Numbered from the stretch's first letter, positions 26,200-39,478 are shown. The stretch: DNA of 64,000 nt from Octopus vulgaris (GCA_951406725.2 OX597825.1:12028001-12092000), one strand, 5' to 3'. Made by a program: numbers and translations. Notes: a model not told the origin generated them from the sequence alone.

Positions 26200-26877
26200 T
26201 AGCACTAAGTTAGTCAAGAAAATACTGCGGACCACCACAAGCATTACGGAATTATTTAATGAACGAATTTATAATTGTGTTCATATAGAAGTAGTCCAAA
26301 CTATTGCTCTACCAGTTATATGTATATATTTGCTCTTTATATTATTTCTGTCTTAAGTAACGCTCTTATTGTTATAATAACTGTATCTCTACCGAAAGAT
26401 CACTCTTGGACATAGAATCATATGCAGAGAGATTGGCTTCTACAAATACTAGTAATTGTTCTGATCTGTGCTAATATTCTAATGACTACACTTTCACCGC
26501 CTGCAGGCATCAAAAGACAAGACGTGATCAATAAAAGCTGAGAGCATTTTTTAATTCGAGTTTCTACTGCATTAAAATTTGCTCTAATTATTTAGCAAAA
26601 TTATCATTACAAACTTCCAGATGGTTTCACATTTGATTCTTCACAGACAATGGGTTGATTAGTGACTATTTGCAGAACTGCGAAATAAACATGAACTTCA
26701 ACTTTGCAAATTTGGTGCAACAAATATCGATGTTTTGTTGATAAATCTGGGAATATAAAGCCGTTAAATCAAAATCCAAGGCAGTTAAAAATCATATGCG
26801 TTTTGCTAATACATATGTGTATATAGATACATACATACATACATAGATACATACATATATACATATATACATACATG

Positions 26878-27005
<128 letters not shown>

Positions 27006-27075
27006 TACATACATACATACATATATTTATATAGATAGATAGATTAATAGATAGATATGTATGTGTGTGTGTATG

Positions 27076-27273
27076 TGTTTTCTGCACCTCTTAATTGCCA
27101 ATGCTCTAAGAGAATCTCAGCACTATTAACCTGACGACCGTCAGAGATTCCATAGAATACACGGTTGTAGCATCTTTCCTCAGGTAAAAAGTAATATGAA
27201 TGTGTGTGTAGACAAAAAACAAAAAAAATTGAAGAATATGTGCGTTTAAGAACTAAATTCATATATCTATATA

Positions 27274-27336
<63 letters not shown>

Positions 27337-27346
27337 TTAAGTATAA

Positions 27347-27381
<35 letters not shown>

Positions 27382-27535
27382 CAATATTTATGTTTTATGA
27401 ATACACACACATGCGTATGATTTTGACCTGAGGAAAGATGCCACGACTGTGTATCCTATGGACTCTCTGACGTTCGTGAAGTTAATAGCGCTGAGATTTT
27501 CTTGGACCACTGGCAATTAAGAGGTACAGAAAACA
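27076..27535. repeat. 115-bp inverted repeat with microsatellite spacer
   Basis: 27076-27190 versus the reverse complement of 27421-27535: 15 mismatches in 115 nt, no indels (counted by hand). Confidence 0.93.
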
Positions 27536-27571
27536 TGCATACATACGTAGGTACGTATCTACATACATACA

Positions 27572-27672
<101 letters not shown>

Positions 27673-27829
27673 GAAACACACACTCACACACATACACACA
27701 CACATACATATATATATACTTATTCATACATGCGTTCCTGCTCACACACAAGTACACACTTAATAGCACACATGTATGTTATATTTTGTGCTGTAGGAAT
27801 GAATCATGTGATGATCCTAAAATAGTCTT

Positions 27830-28661
27830 CACCCTCTTACACCATCTGCAGGACCACGTGATGGAAGATCCGAGCAAGGAATTACGGGCTTTGGGGAGAA
27901 AGATGGGTGTTGGAATCGTCAATGTGCAGCTGGCTGGATCTGAATGAAAACCTTCGATGCAACTAGTTCTAGGTGCAAAGGACACATTCTGACAGCCCAG
28001 GCCTAGGAGACCCGCAAAACGAAGGCAAAGAAGCTCCTGAAGAAGCTGAAGCATCCCATAGCCCCCCGGGACCATCTGGTTCTTCTCCGATGAATAGAAC
28101 TCCTGCCAGAACCAGTCGCACTACGTCCAGAGCAAGATGCAGACTGCCTATAATTACCATCCATGTAATGTCCCTCGCAACACGAAAACCAAGTTCCTCC
28201 AAAGTGTGATAGCCGTTGGGTATTTCTTCAGTTAGTGTGAAGTCATGCTGCACAACATTTTTGAACCTAGATTTTGGCTCAATTCAGGTGCTCATGTTTA
28301 GACGCAGGACCCTGTGGTCGGAGAGGATTGCTGTTTAAACGCCACTTGTATAGCACCAGGTTTCTGCTCCCTGGTATACAACTGGAAAGTGTCAGACGTG
28401 GTTGTCGAAGAATTTCTGAGACTTCAACCAAACCCTATTTCTGGGCTTCTAACTCCTTCCTATGATAATCGCAAGTGTTACTATATTGGGGTGCAGTTGA
28501 AAGGTACCAACCGCTTTGTCTGCAACAACATGACTGAGTTGATGGCCAAAATCAAGGATACGTTTAAGGACCATCCCGGGAATACAAACAGGAACGCAAG
28601 CGCCAGGTTGCGGAGCCGTCTTGAAGCATTGGTGAAAGTTGAGTGTGACTACATTGAGTAA
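27830..28661 (+). pseudogene. Decayed Tc1/mariner transposase, maT (DD37D)-like
   Basis: Across stops and frameshifts: KGHILT..KAKKLLKKLKHP / GTIWFFSDE*N / VPRNTKTKF.QSV / HQVSAPWYTT.KCQTWLSKNF (QQDSAPCHT equivalent) / FWASNS (WPPNSPD equivalent) / WGAVE / RLRSRLEALVKVECDYIE*. TIRs not found. Confidence 0.88.
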
Positions 28662-28739
28662 ACTCTCTTCTTCCAGCTATAATGTAGTCGATACCTTTCG
28701 GTTTCTAATGATAGTATGAGGCTCAGGAATAGAAAAAGT

Positions 28740-28775
28740 CTATTACGTTTCGAGCGTACGCTCTTCTTCAGAAAG
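28740..28775 (-). ncRNA. Minimal (PLE-type) type I hammerhead, intact core, weak stem I
   Basis: CUUU-CUGAAGA-A-GAGC GUAC GCUC-GAAA-CG-UA-AUAG: core intact, stem III palindrome ACGU, GUA triplet, one U-U mismatch in stem I. The flank GCTCAGGAA...ACGTTTCGAGC is shared with the 19975 copy. Confidence 0.75.
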
Positions 28776-29914
28776 GAACACAGAAAGAAACAAGGAAAGA
28801 AAAAAATGTGTGTAGTATATATATATGTATATATACATATTTACACATGCAAAAGGAGGGAGAGACAGAGGCAGAGAAAGAAAGTGTGTGTGAGAGAGAG
28901 AGGGGGGAGGGTGTGTGTGGAAAAGAAGGAAGCCGAAAACCATGTTTCTGCATACTCAATTAATATTCAATTCTCCTTTTTGTAAACAATCATTTTTGTT
29001 TTTGTTTTTTTGCTATAGAAAGACGGAATTATAACATTACACTGACTGCTGCTAGTTTTTCTTTTATTTTTATTATATTCTGTTTATTTGCCAACACTAA
29101 GATAATGCTAAACACCGATATATATATATATATATATATACAAAACACCACTTACTACAATTTCAACAGTGATAAACGTACAAATAAATTGCGCTGTCAG
29201 CAAATTCATTAGCTTGATATCTTCATATACGGTCGTTTTAAAAACACATCTAAAATGCAAGAAAACCGTTAAGAAACACTGATGTTGAAAGCTGCGAAGA
29301 AGATAAGTCAAAAATAACTTCTGTTTTATGGCTGGTATAAAATACCTTTCATGTGGGTGTTTGATGAGTCGGAGATAAAAATGACAGATAGATGGCTTAA
29401 TTGTTAAATATGTCTTGTAATATAATTTAACTGACTGTTGTCTTTAAAACTTTCAGACGGAAGGAGTGTTTTATTCTGAAGAAATTGCCCTGTTTATTCT
29501 CTTATCGCAGCGGAGTTTATCGGAAATTTCAAAAACAGTAGACCAATGTTTTATGTATGAACACTGTTTACGATTAAAATTTGAGTAGTCTTATCATATG
29601 AGGGTCAACATATACTAATATGCCTACAAATTGGTCTCCCTCCTTTTCACTATTCTTCTTTGGGCTTATATGTGTCTTTATGTAGATGGTCATACATATG
29701 TGTGTGTGTGTTTGTGTGTTTGTGTGTGTGTATGTGTGTGTTATGCGTGTGTATGTACTTGTATATATATGTGTGTTTGTGTATATGTGTATGTAAATAT
29801 ATGAATGTTTACACGTACGTATATGTATAGATGCACACAGACCCACACTCTCACATACGCACAAGCTTATACATGTGTGTGTGTGAATATATATATTATA
29901 TATATATTATATAT

Positions 29915-29952
<38 letters not shown>

Positions 29953-29982
29953 CACATATATGAATATACACATATATACATT

Positions 29983-30030
<48 letters not shown>

Positions 30031-30320
30031 CACACACAAACACATATACACATATATATATATATATACATGACTCGGGCCCTCACATATTTAATATATC
30101 TTCTCTTGTAATATAACTTTTTTTCTTCAACAATTTCTTTATACGTGCCCTGCTTGATATATTTTATACACGTTTTGTTAAGCTGGCTGTCTTCTCTTAT
30201 CACTGCACTGAAGGCATAATCTATTATGAGCGTACGCGCATGTAATTACACAATATATGCATATATATATATATAAATATGTCATTGTATATATATATAT
30301 ATTTGTATCTCTCTCTCTCA

Positions 30321-30426
<106 letters not shown>

Positions 30427-30953
30427 ATATACACATATAAAACTTATGAGTGTGTATACGTATGTATTCTTAAAACCGAGTTAATCTAATGTGGTTGTAA
30501 CTTCATTGATATATCAGTTGTCGCCAAAAGTGTTATCGTACTATAATAAATGTTGTGGATAACAACGAATACATTTAAATTTGATAGGTTTTATGGTTAC
30601 AAAATTTTAATTTAAAAAAATAAAGGAAAAGAAAAATTGAAAACACTTCAGGTTAGAAAATATTCAGATTTGATATATGACGATTCTTAGATTTTGTAGA
30701 TTCCTCCTCAATGTAAATTGTTAATTGATCGGATACAATACAATATACAACGAAAATACTACGCTTCTAATATCTATACCGCTAACGGAATTCATTAGTA
30801 CAAGCCAATTTCTATGAACGTATTCCCGATGGATATTACCATATCTGCTATTGGAAATAATTTCTAAATAATATCGTAAACTATGGTTTTATAAATAATG
30901 AAGACACGTTAAATATTCTAAGAATAAGATATCAATATAGTCCATTCTGTTAG

Positions 30954-31328
30954 AGGCACAGGGCCTGAAATTTGTTGGGTAGGGACTAGTCGATTACATC
31001 GACCCCAGTGTTTCACTGGTACTTAATTTATCGATCCTGAAAAGATGAAAGGCAAAGTCCACCTCAGCGCAATTTGAAACAAGAACAAAATACCTATTTC
31101 CTTACTACCCACAAGGGGCTAAACACAGAGAGAACAAACAAGGACAGACAAACGGATTAAGTCGATTATATCAACCCCGGTGAGTAACTGGTACTTATTT
31201 AATCGACCCCGAAAGGATAAAAGGCAAAGTCGACCTCGGCAGAATTTGAACTCAGAACGTAGCGGCAGACGAAATACTGCTAAGGATTTCACCCGGCGTG
31301 CTAATGTTCCTACCAACTCGCCGCCTTC
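30954..31328 (-). mobile_element. SINE family A tandem dimer
   Basis: Head ends near 31326; junction AAAATACCTATTTC at 31087-31100; second unit ends in the GGCACAGGGCCTGAAATTT-type tail. Confidence 0.9.
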
Positions 31329-31930
31329 TTATACAATTAATATTGATGGGCAATGTAAGCTGAACACTGCACAAAAGAATATTTAACTAAGCCCTCACCA
31401 GCGCTTGACTGGTTCTCATTTTGTTGCCTCTCAACGGATGCATATCGAAGTTCACGGTTCAGAATGACTCAATGATATGCAAAATATTTGTAAAACTGCA
31501 ACGTGACCTTATAATTTGCATGAGAAAATAATCGATTCAATCATCTCTCTATTTGACTGCCTCATTTTCGCATCAAATCGAGAAGGATAAAAGACATTGA
31601 TGAATCATTGTACGGCAAGGACCTCGAATCTAAAGAATTTGAAATAAATTCTGGAAAATCTAGCGTAAAGCGAATTTTGTTATTTAATTCCTCTCCGATC
31701 TTCATCATATTAACCTAACATGTTTTCTGTTAAGTAGATTTCATTGGGTTAATGGGGGATGTTATACGTTCAACTATGCATTTATTGGAGTATATACCGA
31801 CAGGGCACACTGACATTGAAACAATAAGTATTTGGAAATTCAATCGAATATAACCGAGTTTGGCGGAATGAAAGTTTATCTTGAAATCCTTCAGTGAAAT
31901 ATTCTCCGTTAAGTCTTATTATATTTATAA

Positions 31931-31977
<47 letters not shown>

Positions 31978-32119
31978 ATATAGGATAAAATTTTTCGAAA
32001 AAAATATATCAATGGCTAGCATATTAAAAAATACCTTTAAAGGTTAAATTTATAAACAATTTATAAACAATTTGTATATATATATAAGTTGTATATACAT
32101 ACATAAATACATACATACA

Positions 32120-32202
<83 letters not shown>

Positions 32203-32532
32203 TTTTTCTTTCACCTTGTTTTCGTTTAAAAAGCACAATATGTTAACTAACGAAATTGCAAAATATTTACCATCAAATCTCGTTTACATGTTTTCGCTTT
32301 AAGGAATTCTCGATGATCTACAACACTCTAATGCTTGTGTATACCAAACACATCGTTTATCTGATTACAAGGCAATGAATAAAGCAAGCACTAATGTATC
32401 CTTTCTGCATACTATATTGGAAGATATTCTTCATAATGCATACTAATTATTTTCAGCAAGTGCAAAATATACTTCACTATATTTTTCCCTACGTTTTAGC
32501 AGTTGTGTGTGTGTGTGTGTACGTGTGGGTAT

Positions 32533-32599
<67 letters not shown>

Positions 32600-32691
32600 T
32601 ACATACACATATATTTATATAAGTACATACACAAACACACATATATATACATATGTGTGTGTATGTACTTATATATATATATATATAAATA

Positions 32692-32749
<58 letters not shown>

Positions 32750-33077
32750 TACTTAACATATACTGGTATACATTTAAACACAAGAGAAATTACCTTCCAC
32801 AGGTAATTTTACACGCTAGAAGAAGCAGCCAAAATAGTTCACATTTCGTTGATTAAAAATGTAATAGCAAGTATTTATTGACCTTTTTCTTTCCTTTAAA
32901 AATCGGCACGAACTTTCCGGTCATCCCATTATATTTTAATAGTTATGTAATTGATACAAATATATGAAGAGTGTCTTGAGAGTTTGGGTTTAACTTAACA
33001 CGTTATTTTATCACTGACATGTTGCAATAGAACAGCCATTTTGAGTTTAATTTTAATTAAGGAAATAAAAAAATATT

Positions 33078-33228
33078 GCAGTGGCTGAGTGGTGAAAAGC
33101 TTGATTCCCAACGACTTGGTTCTTGGTTCCAGATTTAGTGGCACCTTGGGCAAGTATCTTCTACTATATTCTCGGGCCGATCAAATCCTTGTGAGTGGAT
33201 TTGGTAGACGGAAACTGAAAGAAGCCCA

Positions 33229-33274
<46 letters not shown>

Positions 33275-33450
33275 GTATGTGTTTGTGTATATGTGTTCGT
33301 CCCCAATTCATCGCTTGACAACCGATGTTCGGCAAAAGACACTTGTAGAATAAGTACTAGGCTTACAAAAAATAAGTCCTTGGTTTTGTCGCCACTAAAG
33401 ACAGTGTCCCAGCATGGCCGCAGTTAAACAACTGAAACAAGTAAAATAAA
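33078..33450 (+). mobile_element. SINE family B
   Basis: GTGGCTGAGTGGTGAAAAGCTTG head, GGCACCTTGGGCAAG block, internal (TA)n, CCAGCATGGCCGCAG...ACTGAAACAAGTAAAA tail. Confidence 0.88.
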
Positions 33451-33864
33451 ATTTCTCCAATTTGCAATACCATATATGGATAATTTCCCGCAATATATTT
33501 TGCTATACATCTTTTTTGTTTGTTTTTGGCGTTGTTCCTCTCTTGACCCAGTCAGACGCTGTCGAACTGAAGTGAATAAGTTAATAATATATAACACTTG
33601 ATCGATGGTCAATTTGTACCTAAATTGAACAAAGGTTATGTGAACCAATTCGTCACTTTTGTATTATAGAGGGTTAATAATAAGATGAGTGTGATTTTAG
33701 TTAAAATTAAGCGATATATTTAAATGTAGATTGTGCATAACACATTTAGATAGGAGCCTCAATTTACCGCTATATGAATTAAAGAAATATAAAAAGTGGT
33801 CCACAGATATACTTAGACGAAATATGGAATATTTACAACGTAAATTTTATATTTTATCGTTTGT

Positions 33865-34244
33865 TTCTTTCGATCATTAGACTTCAGCCAGGCTGAGACA
33901 TACCATGCACAACTTTAATCAAGCCAATCGACTCCAGTAAAATTGTTTTCGCGTGGTACTTATTCTATCGGTCTCTTGTTACGGGAACGTAAACTCACCA
34001 GCACTGGTTGCCAACCTATGGCGGGGGTACAGACTCAAAGACATGCAAACGTGCACACACACACATAGACAGTCATATACGACTGGTTTCCTTAAGTTAC
34101 CGTTTACCAAATACACTCACATTGCCTTTAGTCGACCCGAGTTTATGATAGAACATACTTGCCCAATTTGCCTCGTAGTGGGACTGAACCCAGATCAGTG
34201 TCGCTGAGAAGCTAACGTCTTACCACACTGCCATGCGTGCGCCT
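33865..34244 (-). mobile_element. Degenerate SINE family B
   Basis: GTACTTATTCTATCGGTCTC, GTGGGACTGAACCC and TTACCACAC.GCCA blocks. Confidence 0.8.
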
Positions 34245-34601
34245 ATATCAAATGTATATTAAACTTATTAAAATAACCATTCAATTCTCCAGCCGCCGTT
34301 ACAATAATAGACATTTCCACATGCCGTAACAAGCTTTATATTGTGAATAAAACTTAATAATATCTGTGGTAGTTCTATGAACCAAACAATGAGTCTAAGA
34401 GGATGGGGTTGTTGGCAATATGCGTAGCGACCAATTCGTGGTTAAGTACAATCCTCAATTTTAAATTCTTGGAGCCAGCCCTTCTCGTATGCATATACTA
34501 ACCAATTCATACATACTCACATATGTATATGTACGAGTGTACTAATTTTACGTGTACAAATTTATGTATATACCTAAATGCAGTTATATGTATATTTGTG
34601 A

Positions 34602-34723
<122 letters not shown>

Positions 34724-34748
34724 AAAAAGCAACAAGAATGGATCAATA

Positions 34749-34837
34749 TTTCGGTACAATTGTTTCGTACGAAGACAGCTTTATTAAGGCTGCAAATATT
34801 GCAGTAAATATAAGTGACCCGTAATCATCAGCCGAAA
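34749..34837 (-). ncRNA. Type I hammerhead ribozyme, long stem II variant (one mismatch at 10.1-11.1)
   Basis: UUUCGG-CUGAUGA-U UACG...CGUA C-GAAA-CAAUUG-UA-CCGAAA: 6-bp stem I, canonical core, stem III palindrome ACAAUUGU, GUA triplet. Confidence 0.85.
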
Positions 34838-34973
34838 AAACAGCATATAGATTTCTGGTGCATCTAAGTTAAGTACCGCATTCATGTGAATTCAACAGAA
34901 CTCATTTGAATCTTAATTGCTTCTACTATATATATATATGTATATATACATATATATACATATATATGTAGAA

Positions 34974-35042
<69 letters not shown>

Positions 35043-35210
35043 TAATTATATCTAAAATATATAATTCTAATGCAAGTTAGTTGGAAAAAGTACCAACATG
35101 TTAGAAATAGAAGTCGAAAACATACTAAACCAACTATATAACTCTGTTCCACAAATGCGTGGAAACGAGCAAAATAATTTAGAGTACCTTAAACAGATAA
35201 ATAGATAATC

Positions 35211-35266
35211 TCTCATATCGATCGATTTCAGGATCTGTAATTAATACTTAACCCTCATCAGTGAGA
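35211..35266 (-). ncRNA. Type I hammerhead ribozyme
   Basis: UCUCA-CUGAUGA-GGGUU AA GUA UUAAU UAC AG AUCCU-GAAA-UCGAUCGA-UA-UGAGA: 5-bp stem I, canonical core, G-U at 10.1-11.1, stem III palindrome AUCGAUCGAU, AUA triplet. Confidence 0.85.
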
Positions 35267-36655
35267 TTCACCATAATTAGTGAAGGGTACTTGGAAAAAA
35301 CTACTAACATGCTACTTAGCCGTTAAAGTATGGCCAAAGATTATTTTGCCCGTTCCTGGCAGTCACCTTGCGCAATAGAGTGAAATAGGTGGTTTAGAGT
35401 TTTTTGAGTCCTGTTTCTGGCAAGGTGGTACTTTTGTCCCATGTACCCTCCATTGTAATTATATATTTTATATGCAATTATAAATCTATATTAATTTTTA
35501 GCTCTATGTATTTTTAAAAATGTTATTCTGGCCACTGATATTATTATTTTATAATGATAACTTTACCCTTTCATATATATGGATATTTATGTGTGTGTCT
35601 GTATTTATGGCGGAAACTGAAAGAAGTCCATCGTATATATATATATATATATATATAGTTCAGCAAAATTTAGATTCAGATGAATATGTTACTTAAGGCA
35701 AATGCACCACAATGAAATCAACCTCTCTGTCTGTATATCTACCATCTTTGTAATGTTGGCAAACGAAATAGAGATAAGAATGCGCATTGTCCGTTTAATT
35801 GAAGAATTTCTATAAGTGGTTGAAGATTGCTCGACATTTTAAAACTGGTGTAATACTTACAGTGTTTAATAAAATGAAGTGGCATGAAACGCTCGTACTA
35901 CATTACCTCGGATATACTTGTTGCTTATTTTGATTATATATATATCCTCTGCGTTACTCATTCTACAAATTTATCCCTCTGTCTATCTACCTATACATAT
36001 ATAGACATATTTAGATATATTTTGTTATAAACATATGGAAACTGATTCCCATACAAATATACATAAACAATATACGTTTGTATATATGTTTGTATGTGTA
36101 TATGCATACCAGCAAACATACACAAATGTATGTGTGGGTCCATCTGAAAGCATATTGTATTTTTATTCTTTATATTTTGCATTGTAATCCAGGCTCCTAT
36201 GATATTTGTTTAGTTTGTTTTCACTTAACGCTAGGAATTTCAGGACGCACTAAATGAGATCTATTGATCCAAGCACGAAGATTCCATTACAAATGAGAAA
36301 CATGTTTTTAGTAATAAGTTCAATGTATTTCTATATTAATAAATCATAATTGAGTCAGTGTTGATTTCAAGAATAAAAAAGTATCTTCATCTTTCATATT
36401 TTATTCATGTATTATTCCGTATGAGGTTTGGCTCGATCTGGCATTATCGTACGTTCAAAAAATATTTCAATTTAGCTAATGGATATTTTCATATAAACTA
36501 TTTGATGATTTATATGGCCTATATACTGTTTTTACATTTTGTCAATATCTTGTGGTGAGTATAAGCGTTTCCCGGGAATATGACACTCTGAGTTGGTTTC
36601 GATTCCTGTATCATTCTAATATATTTCATTTACTCCAATAATGTTTTTGTAAAAT

Positions 36656-37035
36656 GTGGCACTCCGTCGGTTGCGATGACGAGGGTTACAGTTGATCCGA
36701 TCAATGGAACAGCCAGCTCCTGAAATTAACGTCGAAGTAGCTGAGAGCTCTACATACACGTGTACCCTTAACGTAGCTCTTGGGGCGATTCGGCATGATA
36801 CAGTGTGACAAGGCTGGCCATTTGAAATACAGGTACATCAGAAAGTGGAAGAAAGAGTGAGAGAAAGTTGTGGTGAATGTGTACAGCAAGGTTTGCTACC
36901 ACCCCCTGCCGGAGCCTCGTGGAACTTTAGGTGTTTTCGCTCAATAAACATTCACAACGCTCGGTATGGGACTCGAAATCGTGATCCTACGACCACGAGT
37001 CCGCTGCCCTAACCACTGGGCCATTGCACATCCAC
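36656..37035 (-). mobile_element. SINE family D, full length with TSD
   Basis: Homologous to 25820-26199; flanked by TTGTAAAAT at 36647-36655 and 37036-37044. Confidence 0.92.
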
Positions 37036-38438
37036 TTGTAAAATTTAGATCGCACTATTCTGATTTCTGCTTTCATACTGTTTTGATAATCTACAAATAG
37101 TACAAATTTCTGATTAGTATTTTATAGACAAAACATAATAACTGCGTCGCGTGAGGTGAAATTCCCAAATTTCTTTTCGATCGTTGTCTTCATAATTGCA
37201 TGTTGTTCTGTAAATAGTTACATATATATCTGTATATCAAATTACATTCTTTCACTTCTTTTATCAACGACTCCCAGAACAAAATGTCTAGAAATATATA
37301 TGTATTGACCGATCGGCGACTCTGTTTGCGATAGACACATTCTGATTGTACATAACTAGATTTATATTTAATAACACTATTGCTTTTTACTTCCTACAAT
37401 ATCGGTATGGATTTTAGGCAATATATTATCAAATCAAAAATACATTTGGGGACTGTGTACAATTCAACCTTCTGTCACGTGAAGCTATTGAGAAAGAAAC
37501 CCAACAATGTATTAAGTATGCTGATGTTCCCCTACACACAATACACGAGAATTTTAATCATATTTTAACATTCTATTTCAACAAACACGGTGCCGAATTC
37601 TATAATACTACATTTGCATTAAGTGGTGAACTATATTGCCAGTAAACATATATCAATGGAAACATGAATACATCTTTGATTTTCAGACGCAGAAATCTAC
37701 TTGAAATAAGATCTAAACTATTATAGTCTTAGAGGGCTCCACTACTGTTTCAAGTCGCGGTTATATAATATTCTTATTGATTATAAACATTCTCTTAATT
37801 CTAAATTAAGAAGTAGTTTTCGAGTAACTGATATGTGTAAATTATGATAATAAATGCATTTGCTAATGGATTCTTGCGTGCTTCATGAATACTGCAAAAT
37901 GAAAGTTAAAGGCTTCCTAAATTTCTGAGGTGTTTAGCTCATATATTCTCTTTTCACTGAATTTTATGACTGGTTCAATTTTAGAAAAAGTTTCGCTTAA
38001 TCCAGCTCTCTTTTCGATTTCTGTTTATGAGCGAAGATATATAAAATATACATGTTTTAAAAATAGCATATTGAAATGAATCCAGGAAAATATTTATTAT
38101 CGATTAATCGGGCTTCCTGGTGTGTAAGCTAAAAGAATATGATATTTTGTATATTTACTAGTGAATATATGTCGAATAATTCCAAACAACTTATTGTTTA
38201 TTCCTTGACCGTCTGAAAATACCTGCCAATGAAGTAAATTAAATCAAGAGATATAGGAATAGAGCTCGATAAGGGATCAAGCGAAAACTTCAGTATATGA
38301 TTGAAAGATATAAAAAATAAAGAGCTTAAGCTCATGTAGGATCAGATGTATTCTAATCCAGCCCTAAAAAGATAAGAATAATCCCTAACCTGGAATGGGG
38401 AAAGATGATTAAATATATTTAGTACCCAGAATTGTGTA

Positions 38439-38694
38439 ATATGATAAGTAAATGAGCCCTTCCAAAGCCTAGCCAGGCTTATGGGCCCAGTTTCCCGGTT
38501 TCAATGGCGTATGCGTTCCCCAACTGGACGGGACGCCACTCCATCGCAGCGTTACTCATTTTTGCCAGCAGAGTGGACTGAGTGAAATGAAGTGTTTTGC
38601 TCAAGAACACAACGCGTCGCCCGGTCCAGGAATCGAAAACAAAATCTTACGATCATGTCGCTGACACCCTAACCCCTAAGTCACGCGCCTCCAC
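38439..38694 (-). mobile_element. SINE family C with TSD
   Basis: Homologous to 4254-4523; flanks ACCCAGAATTGTGTA (38424-38438) and ACTCAGAACTGTGTA (38695-38709). Confidence 0.92.
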
Positions 38695-39176
38695 ACTCAG
38701 AACTGTGTACATATATTAAATTAGTAGTCTACAACATGTTTACTGTATCAGTACTCTGTCCGACATTTAGCCAATTCTGTTACACTCTAAATGAAATCCG
38801 GTTTTTATTGATGCTTAATCGCGCAGGCCTTTAATCCATACCAGAAATTTCCAGAAGATGTTGTATATGAATTAAAGGTTGTGTCCATCCGAAAAAATAT
38901 AGTTTTGTAATTCCTTGCTTAACAGCCTGCACAGATGATTTGTTCATAGTGACCAAATCTGTGTGCGGCACATAAGCACATCCATCAACTCGACTTTACT
39001 TGTATAGTTGCACAATGTACCACACATCAGAAGTTGAATGTATTGCAGAGCAACGCAAAATGGTGTGTTGTACTTGAGAACACTGTGCAGTACCCTGTCC
39101 AGAGATCGACCCCACGATCTGTCGATCCTTAGTGCAATACCCTAACAATTAGACGACGCGTCATCACTTATAGATT

Positions 39177-39478
39177 GTTTGTTCCTTCTCGAGCCACGCC
39201 TTGCTTATAAGGGCCGGTTTCCCAGTTTCCTTGGCGTATAGGTTCCCCACCTGGACGGGACGCCGGTCCGGCGCAGGTGAGCTGCTAGATGCAGGAGGAA
39301 AGACTGAGAGAAAGTTGTGGCGAAAGAGTTAGCAGAAGTTCGCCAATACCTTCTGCCGGAGCCGCGTGGAGCTTAAGTGTTTCGCTCATAAACACACACA
39401 TTGCCCAGTCTAAGATTCGAACCCGCGATCCATCGAACGCGAGTCCGCTGCTCTAACCACTAGGCCATGTGCCTCCAC
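39177..39478 (-). mobile_element. Full-length hybrid SINE (D-type head/body plus V-like tail) with TSD
   Basis: Perfect 12-bp TSD CACTTATAGATT at 39165-39176 and 39479-39490; abuts an older decayed C-like SINE at about 38930-39165. Confidence 0.9.
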
